NCBI GenBank assembly: GCA_965204035.1
Contig: OZ241964.1
Coordinates: 1,438,726-1,502,725 of the forward strand
Direction of reading: 5' to 3'
Source: Thermodesulfobacteriota bacterium
Lineage (GTDB): Bacteria; Desulfobacterota_D; UBA1144; Nemesobacterales; Nemesobacteraceae
DNA length: 64,000 bases
The position numbers and the translations under genes were made by a program. This document shows positions 28,061 to 35,813 of the stretch, in pieces. The stretch's first letter is position 1, and every line of letters begins with the position of its first letter. The notes beneath the pieces are model-generated. The model did no database searches. It saw only the letters and a list, made by a program, of their open reading frames with translations, and was not told the DNA's origin.

Positions 28061-30538
28061 GTGTTCGGCCTGTTCGAGGCCGCGCCCGCCGCGGCGCAGA
28101 CCCCCGTCTGGTCGTCGGTGCTGACGGTTAATGCGGAAGGCGCAGGCCTAGGCTGCGGCGTTGTAGCCGGCTGTGGGTCTCGGTTAACGGACAATAGCTT
28201 TACGGTGGGCGGCACGGACTTTGTTATTGCTTTATTGCAGGACTACAACAGTGGCACTTATAGCGGTCAACTGAGGTTCCAGTTAGATGAGAATCCGAAT
28301 GATGCTCTGAAGGCCATGAAACTTTGTGTCGGGTCGACCTCATTTTCGCTGTCGAGCCCTTTTGGCAATCTGTACGCTTTCACCAACGCCAACCTGCCCT
28401 GGTCGGCCGGCGCCAAGGTGCCCCTGAGCATCATGGGCAGCGGCGCGTCCTGCCCGACGCCCCCGGTCTCGCTGGGCCGCGCCGGCAGCATGTCCGTCGA
28501 CGGGTTCCACCCAATGGGACCCGGACGCATGAAGATCGCCGAGGGCACATCGATCACCTACGGCATCGTGATCCACCAGCCGCCCACCGCGGATCTGACC
28601 ATCACGCCGCGACACCACAACGTCCGACCGGACGGCAGCGACTACCCCAACGTCGACACCAGTCTGCTCACGATCCACAACGCGGTCACCTGGAAAGCCG
28701 CCCCGCACCCCAACTACCTGAGCGGGGACTGGCAGCAGGCCAAATCGGTCGGGCTCACCGCCGTGGACGACAACGAGTGCAAGTCTCCGCCCGGCACCCG
28801 GTACTGGATCAGGCACCACGGCAGCGGCGGCGGTCCCGACTGGGGCGGGTGGGACCGGCAGGACCGGCACCATGGCCTGGTGATCTCGATCGAAATCATC
28901 GACGACGACTGCAAATATCTGGCCGCTTCCCCGGGCCAGGTGTATCCGGAGGAGGGCGCCAGCGCGACCTACACCGTGCGCCTGAAGACGCCGCTCGAGG
29001 ACGCCGCGTACATTTCCCCGCGCATCAGCGTCCCCGGCGACAGCGACCCCGGCGCGATCACGGTCTCTCCCGAGCGGATCCGGGTCGAAGCGGGAGACAC
29101 GAGCCCGAAGACGTTCACGGTCAGCGCCGGAAGGGACGCGAACTCCCGTAACGAGGTCCTGATCGTCGACCACAGCGTCGACTCGCCGGGGATCCCGGCG
29201 GATTACCTGGGCGCCCAGGTGACCGTCATTGTCCAGGACGAACAGAACGCGGCGAGGACGCAGGAGCGCGACGCGCTGAGCGTGACCGGGCTCGCGCTCA
29301 CGGCCGGTTCGGAGGCGGTGGCGCTGAGCCCGGCCTTCTCGACGGATGTGCTGTCCTACCGGGCGCAGGTCCCGGCGGGGACGGCGGGCGTGACGCTGGC
29401 GCCGCACTGGAGCGGCGGGGCGAGCGTGTTCGCGGGCTCGCGCCGGGGCGATACGACCTTCACGCGCCCGGCGCGGGTGCGGCCCTCGGGGACGGCGGTC
29501 GCGCTGGCGCTGGCGCCGGACGGCGGCGCGACCGAGCTGTGGGTGATGGCGAGCGACGGTTCGAGCGGCATGACGACCTACCGCATCGAGGTGACCGAGG
29601 CGCAGACGCAGGCGCAGGCTCTGACGACGGGCGGAGGAGGCACCCCGGGCGGCGGTGGCGGTTCTCCTTCCGGTGACGGAGGAGGCGGTGGAGCCCCTCC
29701 CACTGGCGGAGACAGTCCTTCGCCCGAAGAACCCCAAGAGCCTGAACAGACTGATGAGTGCGGAGATAACGACAGGGAAAACCTTGTGAGACTCTACGAC
29801 GCTACGGGCGGAGACAACTGGGATGAGGAAAAGAAGACAAACTGGAACTCCCCCGAACCTCTCGATCAGTGGTATGGAGTGGATACAGATGAAGACGGAG
29901 AGGTTGTATCCCTTCGTCTTGCGGATAACAATCTCTCCGGACAGATGCCGACAAAAGAACTTCTGTGTCTTAATGAAGACACGGAACTCAAGGAACTTGC
30001 CCTCTGGGATAACGACGGTCTCTCGGGAGAAGAGCCGGATGAACTTGTGCTTGCCGTCGAGAGAGCCGTGCTGAGAGACATAGCGGAAACGATTGACCTT
30101 AACCCCGAGTGGTTTGATGATTACGAGGAGCCCTTTGACTTCGAGAGCTGGCACTCAGGAGTTACGACGGATGAGGATGGAAGGGTGACGGGGCTTGATT
30201 TCACCGGGGAAGACATAGAGGGAGTGATTCCGGGGAGTGTTTTTGAGCTTGAAAACCTCACAGTCATAAGGAAGGGATGCGAAGTCACCCTTGAAGTCGA
30301 AGAGCCAGAGGGAGTGAATGTGATGATGGCTGAAGACTGCCCGGAGGAGACGGCACCTGAAGACATGGAAGAAATGGAGGAAGAGGAAACGGCAGCGTCC
30401 GGAGACGGGGGATGCGCCCTGGGTCAAGGGGATTCTTCTGTATCCGGCTTCGGCTTGTTCCTCGTGACTATTCTTGTCTTCGCGGCGCTTGTGAGAAAAA
30501 GGGTGCTGGTTTCCCGTCTGGCTGGGAACAGGCGGTAA
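28061..30538 (+). CDS. Family member 2: high-GC N-terminal adhesin-like region, Gly-rich linker, LRR, GGC tail; also disconnected from its leader ATG (apparent phase-OFF)
   Basis: The frame is open upstream through FCLPLSSDSPGFSRKS...RRPALLPVLALLLGVFGLFEAAPAAAQ. The only in-frame start is a GTG in the middle of the signal-peptide h-region. Cadherin-like block LSPAFSTDVLSYRAQV. LRR block LADNNLSGQMP. Tail DGGCALGQGDSSVSGFGLFLVTILVFAALVRKR. Confidence 0.75.
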   Translation: MFGLFEAAPAAAQTPVWSSVLTVNAEGAGLGCGVVAGCGSRLTDNSFTVGGTDFVIALLQDYNSGTYSGQLRFQLDENPNDALKAMKLCVGSTSFSLSSPFGNLYAFTNANLPWSAGAKVPLSIMGSGASCPTPPVSLGRAGSMSVDGFHPMGPGRMKIAEGTSITYGIVIHQPPTADLTITPRHHNVRPDGSDYPNVDTSLLTIHNAVTWKAAPHPNYLSGDWQQAKSVGLTAVDDNECKSPPGTRYWIRHHGSGGGPDWGGWDRQDRHHGLVISIEIIDDDCKYLAASPGQVYPEEGASATYTVRLKTPLEDAAYISPRISVPGDSDPGAITVSPERIRVEAGDTSPKTFTVSAGRDANSRNEVLIVDHSVDSPGIPADYLGAQVTVIVQDEQNAARTQERDALSVTGLALTAGSEAVALSPAFSTDVLSYRAQVPAGTAGVTLAPHWSGGASVFAGSRRGDTTFTRPARVRPSGTAVALALAPDGGATELWVMASDGSSGMTTYRIEVTEAQTQAQALTTGGGGTPGGGGGSPSGDGGGGGAPPTGGDSPSPEEPQEPEQTDECGDNDRENLVRLYDATGGDNWDEEKKTNWNSPEPLDQWYGVDTDEDGEVVSLRLADNNLSGQMPTKELLCLNEDTELKELALWDNDGLSGEEPDELVLAVERAVLRDIAETIDLNPEWFDDYEEPFDFESWHSGVTTDEDGRVTGLDFTGEDIEGVIPGSVFELENLTVIRKGCEVTLEVEEPEGVNVMMAEDCPEETAPEDMEEMEEEETAASGDGGCALGQGDSSVSGFGLFLVTILVFAALVRKRVLVSRLAGNRR

Positions 30539-30585
30539 AAGCTTTTTGCGTTGCACGATGCGATACGGCGCATCTCCTTAATCCC

Positions 30586-30783
30586 GGAGAGGCGCCCGCG
30601 GGGGTTGAGGTAAAAGAGGGCTGCGATGAGGAAGAGGAGGAACGGCCGGACGGCGGAGGGGGAGGCTGCGCTCTCGGAGACCAGGGGAGCGGGGGAGCGC
30701 AAGACATCCTGCTTCTGCTGCTTGTGGCTGTCGCGTACGGGAGAGGGGCTTTTCTGAGGGGGCGGCGCGGAAGAAACCTCTGA
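30586..30783 (+). pseudogene. Orphan 3' fragment of a family member (tail only, no start)
   Basis: Encodes ...APAGVEVKEGCDEEEEERPDGGGGGCALGDQGSGGAQDILLLLLVAVAYGRGAFLRGRRGRNL*, near-identical to the last ~65 codons of members 1 and 3. Lies 48 nt after the member-2 stop. Confidence 0.8.
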
Positions 30784-31024
30784 GAAGAGAGAATTCATCC
30801 GACAGGTAATCCGGGGATGTCGGGAAGCGGATTCGTTGCGGCGAAGCGCCAGGATTTTAACTGGCCGGCAAGTTTGAGGCGTGCGCGCTGTTGAGCACGC
30901 GCATATGTATCAAGGGTTTCCCCGGGTGCGAAAAAACTTCTGCCCCGGGATTTTCTGTTTCTGTTCAGAGCTTGACCGGATGCGGGAATTCTGAGAGGCG
31001 CCCGAAAGTCCTCGGGCGACCAAT

Positions 31025-31053
31025 TTGAATTTATTCCCGCTTGCCGTTATACT
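31025..31053 (+). promoter_or_regulatory. Sigma70-type promoter copy C: TTGAAT-17-TATACT
   Basis: Identical hexamers and spacer. Lies 24 nt upstream of ATG 31078. Confidence 0.7.
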
Positions 31054-31077
31054 GACGGTCGGGAGTTAGACAGAAAG

Positions 31078-34000
31078 ATGAGTAAAGCAGACAAAGATCC
31101 GTTGCTGATGACTGAGAAAGGGGCTACCCCCCCCCCCATTTTTTGTCTCCCGCTAAGATCTGATCCCCCCGGTTTTTCCCGCAAGTCCGCCCGGACGCTT
31201 TCCCTTCTCCCGTTCCTGCTGCTCGGGTTTCTGTGCCTGATGAACGCCACACCCGCTGCGGCGCAGACATCCATCTGGTCTGCGACGCTGACGACGAGGC
31301 CGACAGATAACGGTAACCGGTTCACCGGCTGCCGGAATGCCAGAAGTGGAAACACCAAATGCAGCGATACCTCCACGTTGACGGACGATGATCTTACGGT
31401 CAGTGGCACGGATTATCAGATAATATCGATTTATGCGGAGAAGAGTCGTTCCAATTCCACTCTGGTGATGCAATGGGACCAGGACGTGAGAACCGCACTG
31501 GACAGCTACAAGCTCTGCGCCGGCACGAAGCAGTATGCGTTCGCGGACGCAACGCACGCTGCCAATGATTATACCCAGTGGCAGGCCTCAGCCCTCTGGT
31601 CTGACGGCGATATGATTTCCCTGAGCATCGGCACGTCCTGCCCGAGCTATGTCCCTCCCCCCACGGTATTGCTCTCGGCCACTCCGAACCCCGTGAAAGA
31701 GGGGCATCCGGTGACGCTGACGGCCACCCTGTCTGAGGCCCTTACGATCGATGTCAACATTCCGCTTAAGTTTATCAGGGGCACGACGGGCTCGTGGGAC
31801 TACGGTGCTACGCCGCACATCTCGATCCCAAGCGGGCAGACTACCGGCACGGTCACGATCCCGACGCGGCCGGACCATGACCACGACGACGAGATCTTCA
31901 CGGTGGAAATTTTCAAGCCAAACCTGACCGCGTTGCTGACTGCGGGCAGCATGACCTCCGTTATGGTGACGATCCGTGACACGCCGCCGTCGGAGCACCC
32001 GGCCGCCCCCACGGCGACGAGAAATGCCGGCCTGAGTCGTATCACTCTGCTGACAGACACCGCCAGTACCAATGCTGCTACGGGGAACATCCAGAAGCGC
32101 GTGGAAGACAGTCTCAGCCCGTCCTTCCATTCCGACATCCTCAACTACGCGGTGCGCGTGGACGCCGGGGTGAAGAGAATACAAGTGGGTGTCACACCCC
32201 AATACCCTAACTCTATAGCTTACCTCATCATCTACAGCCAGCCGGCAATCCGCTCCGCCCCCTACACCCGTTGGGTGGAACTGGACACGGACGTCAAGCG
32301 TATACGGATCTTGGTGGATACCCCGGGAGCTGCACAAAGGCGGATCTACGAGCTGACGGTGCTTCGGGGCGGTGTCGTGGATCCGTACGCGGAGGATCAG
32401 ACCACAGTCTGGTCATCGACCCTGACGGCGAAGGAACTCTCATCAAGCTTGAGAGGTTGCGATGACTCTGATCAACTGGCTGCAAACAAGTGCTTGGAGG
32501 CCCTTACGGAAAATGAGTTCTCGTATTCGGGTACGCGCTATGGTGTCAGGTTGCTCTCACTCGGCTTCGTTAGCGGCGATTCCAACTTCCTTTTCGGACT
32601 CAACAAGGCCATCCCCAGCGCCATGAAGAACCTCTTGACGCTACACGTCGGAAAAGAACGGGCGCTCCCGCTTAGTTCCAGCACCTTTTCTTCCCAGAGC
32701 GGCAATACCCTCCAATGGTTAAGGTATGTCGTGGGAGGATGGGGAGTGGGCGGTACCGTTCTGCTGAAGCTGACGGGACCGACCTCGCCGGTCATCCCCG
32801 CGGTCTCGCTCTTGGCCACTCCGAACCCCGTGAAAGAGGGACATTCGGTGACGCTGACGGCCACTCTGTCTGCGGCGCTTCCGGTGAATACCTTCATTCC
32901 GCTTAAGTTTATTAGGAGCACGGCGGACTCGTTGGACTACGGTGCTACGCCGCACATCTCGATCCCAAGCGGGCAGACTACCGGCACGGTCACGCTGAAG
33001 ACGAAAGTGAACGTGTACGACGACGACGACGAGACGTTCACGGTGGCGATTGACGAGGACAATCTGTCCTCGAGGTTGACTGCGGGAAGCCTGTCCTCCG
33101 TCACGGTGACGATTGAGGACTACCTGCCGCCCGTCCTGCGGGAGCTCTCCCTTTTCGCCGTGGACAACAGACCCTACGCGAGACGCCTGGGTTTTGTGGA
33201 AGATGATCTTGAACCGACTTTCCACGAAGACACCCTCAACTACACGGTGCGCGTAGACGACTGGGTGCGGTATATAAGGGTGGGTGCCGAAGCCCGATAC
33301 AGTAACCCTGAAGACCCGACGAAGGTACTCGTCAACGGCGAGCCGAAGAAACCTTTCTCCAGTTTTTGGGTGGAACTGAAGGATGTCACGCCGATCGAAA
33401 TCGTGGTGAGGACTCCGCTCGGGGAGTCGCGGACCTACGCGGTGAGAGTGCTTCGGGGCAATGCCGAGACTCCGCCCGATCAGACTCCGCCCGATCAGAC
33501 TCCCCCCGATCAGACTCCCCCCGATCAGACTCCAACGACGGGCGGAGGCGGCGGTCCTCCTTCCGGCGGCGGTGAACCGCAACTGTCTTCAGACGCTTCC
33601 CTGAGCGGACTCCACGTCTCTGAAGGAGACCTGATGTTCAGCCCCGGGACGCGGGACTACAAAGTGACGGTGGGTCTTGAGGTGAGCGAATTCTCACTCA
33701 CCCCAGAGGCCGGTCACCCCGACGCGGAAATAGAGATAAACGGCGTCTCCGCGCAAAGCGGAGAGGAAACGCGGATTGATCTCGGGGAGGACGAAGAAAC
33801 CGTCTCGATAACGATAACGGTCACCGCTCCCGACGGAGAGACCGCGATAACCTACACGGTAAGAGTTGCACGGGGGGAGGAGTGCGGGATAAACGACAAG
33901 GAAGCCCTCACAAGGTTCTACCGGGCCACGGGGGGAGACGAGTGGACAATGAAAGACAACTGGAACACCGAAAATCCTCTTGGGGAGTGGTACGGAGTAA

Positions 34001-34602
34001 GTACCGATGAAAACGAAAAAGCAATATCCCTTCTTCTGGCTGACAACAACCTTGAGGGAAAGATTCCCAGGGAGTTTCTGTGCCTCGCGGAACTCAAGGA
34101 ACTCGCCCTCTGGGGCAACGAGGGGCTTTCGGGGCATGTACCCGAAAACCATACGCTGGCGACAGAGAGGGCCGCGCTTCTTTACATTGCGCGCGCGCTT
34201 TCGCTCAACGCCGAGTGGTTCGATACTTACGAAGACCCCTATTACGACTTCCCGGAGTGGCATGACGGCGTTGCGACGGATGACGGAAGGGTGACGGGGC
34301 TTTCCTTCTCTGGGGAAGACATAAGCGGAGTGATTCCCGTAATTCTCTTAAGACAGCTTGAGCGCCTTGAGACCCTTGACCTTGAGTGCTCGGACATCAC
34401 CCTTGGCGGAGACGCGCCCGCGGGGGTTGAGGTAAAAGAGGGCTGCGATGAGGAAGAGGACCTGCCGGGCGACGGAGGGGGAGGCTGCGCTCTCGGAGAC
34501 CAGGGGAGCGGGGGAGCGCCAGGCATCCTGCTTCTGCTGCTTTTGGCTGTGGCGTACGGGAGAGGGGCTTTTCTGAAGGGGCGGCGCGGAAGAAACCTCT
34601 GA
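31078..34602 (+). CDS. Family member 3 (1174 aa, intact, apparent phase-ON): 2 x [novel N-module + Calx-beta-like + cadherin-like], linker, cadherin-like, LRR, GGC tail
   Basis: Leader MSKADKDPLLMTEKGATPPPIFCLPL... joins signal peptide LLPFLLLGFLCLMNATPAAAQ. Calx-beta-like blocks (ATPNPVKEGH.VTLTATLS...DDE.FTV). Cadherin-like blocks (LSPSFHSDILNYAVRV; LEPTFHEDTLNYTVRV; FSPGTRDYKVTV). LRR. Tail GGGGCALGDQGSGGAPGILLLLLLAVAYGRGAFLKGRRGRNL. Confidence 0.85.
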   Translation: MSKADKDPLLMTEKGATPPPIFCLPLRSDPPGFSRKSARTLSLLPFLLLGFLCLMNATPAAAQTSIWSATLTTRPTDNGNRFTGCRNARSGNTKCSDTSTLTDDDLTVSGTDYQIISIYAEKSRSNSTLVMQWDQDVRTALDSYKLCAGTKQYAFADATHAANDYTQWQASALWSDGDMISLSIGTSCPSYVPPPTVLLSATPNPVKEGHPVTLTATLSEALTIDVNIPLKFIRGTTGSWDYGATPHISIPSGQTTGTVTIPTRPDHDHDDEIFTVEIFKPNLTALLTAGSMTSVMVTIRDTPPSEHPAAPTATRNAGLSRITLLTDTASTNAATGNIQKRVEDSLSPSFHSDILNYAVRVDAGVKRIQVGVTPQYPNSIAYLIIYSQPAIRSAPYTRWVELDTDVKRIRILVDTPGAAQRRIYELTVLRGGVVDPYAEDQTTVWSSTLTAKELSSSLRGCDDSDQLAANKCLEALTENEFSYSGTRYGVRLLSLGFVSGDSNFLFGLNKAIPSAMKNLLTLHVGKERALPLSSSTFSSQSGNTLQWLRYVVGGWGVGGTVLLKLTGPTSPVIPAVSLLATPNPVKEGHSVTLTATLSAALPVNTFIPLKFIRSTADSLDYGATPHISIPSGQTTGTVTLKTKVNVYDDDDETFTVAIDEDNLSSRLTAGSLSSVTVTIEDYLPPVLRELSLFAVDNRPYARRLGFVEDDLEPTFHEDTLNYTVRVDDWVRYIRVGAEARYSNPEDPTKVLVNGEPKKPFSSFWVELKDVTPIEIVVRTPLGESRTYAVRVLRGNAETPPDQTPPDQTPPDQTPPDQTPTTGGGGGPPSGGGEPQLSSDASLSGLHVSEGDLMFSPGTRDYKVTVGLEVSEFSLTPEAGHPDAEIEINGVSAQSGEETRIDLGEDEETVSITITVTAPDGETAITYTVRVARGEECGINDKEALTRFYRATGGDEWTMKDNWNTENPLGEWYGVSTDENEKAISLLLADNNLEGKIPREFLCLAELKELALWGNEGLSGHVPENHTLATERAALLYIARALSLNAEWFDTYEDPYYDFPEWHDGVATDDGRVTGLSFSGEDISGVIPVILLRQLERLETLDLECSDITLGGDAPAGVEVKEGCDEEEDLPGDGGGGCALGDQGSGGAPGILLLLLLAVAYGRGAFLKGRRGRNL
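31127..31144 (+). repeat. Homopolymer tract C11-A-T6 (copy C, in frame)
   Basis: Two more T than copies A and B. Reads ACC CCC CCC CCC ATT TTT TGT = TPPPIFC and continues into the signal peptide. Confidence 0.95.
33466..33540 (+). repeat. 15-bp in-frame tandem repeat x5 (CAGACTCCSCCCGAT)
   Basis: Encodes (E/D)QTPP repeated: ETPPDQTPPDQTPPDQTPPDQTPTT. Confidence 0.9.
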
Positions 34603-34958
34603 GAAGAGATCCCGACCGTGATATCATCCGCGCTCCTGAGCGGATGCGGGGTAAAGCCGCGACGATACCCGGCGCGCGCGTGGAAACGTCATAGAACACA
34701 TAAACTCAAGGACAGTTCAGGTCCGAAAGGCGCTTTATCAGGGGCGAGGGAGGAGATGACCGCACGGGCGGGTGTAGCGTTGGCGGGGATGATGGCGCTT
34801 GTTTCGGGATGCCGGGCCAGGGTCGGATAGCGGTTCTCCGTTTGTTCAGGCAGAAAATTTAAAAGCAGGATTGTCCCAATAGCGGCTGACGTCGTGGCGG
34901 TGAAGTTCTGGCTGCGGAAATCCGAAGCCCGAAAATCGTTACGGCGGAAAAGGCCTCA

Positions 34959-35762
34959 TCACTCAAATCTGTGCTGCCCCGGGAAAATATATCCCACAAC
35001 GAACGTCGCCACCACGATGCAGAATCCGATCACGGCTCCAAGCGCCGCCCTTCTGCCCCTCCATCCGAGGGAAAGTCGTCCGTTTATCAAAAAAGCGTAA
35101 AGAAGCCACGTAACGGTAGACCACGTTTCCTTGGCTCCCCACGTCCATCCCTCGCTCCATATTTCTTTTGCAAGTACGAAACCGATCACGAGACTCACGG
35201 TGAGAAGCGGGAACCCGAGCAGGAGACTCAGGTGGTTTATCTTGTCGAGCGTTATTAGGGAAGGGAGTTTTTTCAGGTTGCTTCCGATTCTTTTCGATTT
35301 CAACTGGTTTTCCTGGAATATGTAGATCGCGCCCGCGAGACAGGATATCGCGAAAAACGCCTCTCCAAGGAAAATGGACAGTATGTGTGCCAGCACCCAT
35401 GGGTTTTCAAGCGTCGGGTCCTGGGTAATCATCCCATCCGGAATGATCACGTAGGGCAGAGTTCCAAGGAAAGCCACGGGGAGCACGAACGCACCGAGCA
35501 CGGGGGTCCTGAACCTTAACTGCGAAACTAAAAAGACAAGAGTTATAAGCCACGAGAAAATAAAAAGGGGCCTTGAAGTGCTTCCGGCCAGCACGTCGCC
35601 GCGCATGAGGAAAACAACGAGCAGCGCGGTATGAGTAAGCACCCCCGCAACAGCGAAATAAATGCCCGCCCGGGAGATTTTTCTTTTCTGCGACCAGAGG
35701 TAAGTGCCGTAAAGAAGGGAAGAAAGCAGGTAAAGGGCGGAAATCAGATATATGGCATTCAT
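34959..35762 (-). CDS. CcsA/YpjD-type cytochrome c assembly family membrane protein
   Basis: Eight-helix-type hydrophobic profile with a Trp-rich WSEGWTWGAKETWS block resembling the WWD heme-handling motif. Confidence 0.65.
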   Translation of the reverse strand: MNAIYLISALYLLSSLLYGTYLWSQKRKISRAGIYFAVAGVLTHTALLVVFLMRGDVLAGSTSRPLFIFSWLITLVFLVSQLRFRTPVLGAFVLPVAFLGTLPYVIIPDGMITQDPTLENPWVLAHILSIFLGEAFFAISCLAGAIYIFQENQLKSKRIGSNLKKLPSLITLDKINHLSLLLGFPLLTVSLVIGFVLAKEIWSEGWTWGAKETWSTVTWLLYAFLINGRLSLGWRGRRAALGAVIGFCIVVATFVVGYIFPGQHRFE

Positions 35763-35813
35763 TGAAAGTATATTCTATTGCTTGGCCCGGCAAATACAAA
35801 TCGGGAAAAGTCC

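Larger units (their letters stand above)
30875..31226 (+). repeat. 5' expression module, copy C
   Basis: Near-identical to copy A over about 350 bp. Confidence 0.9.

Noticed and set aside
28340-30154. A 604-aa minus-strand ORF, plus a 275-aa plus-strand alternative-frame ORF at 28324..29151.
   Set aside because: They lie inside the high-GC block of member 2. They are Arg/Ala/Gly/Pro-rich low-complexity translations typical of stop-poor GC-rich DNA. The member-2 frame has recognisable domains, a signal peptide and the family tail.
26655-34580. Possible diversity-generating retroelement (template/variable repeat pair), given two near-identical 1-kb segments.
   Set aside because: No reverse transcriptase or accessory gene is present in the window. 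The substitutions between the copies involve all bases rather than being adenine-specific, and they are spread over structural regions.
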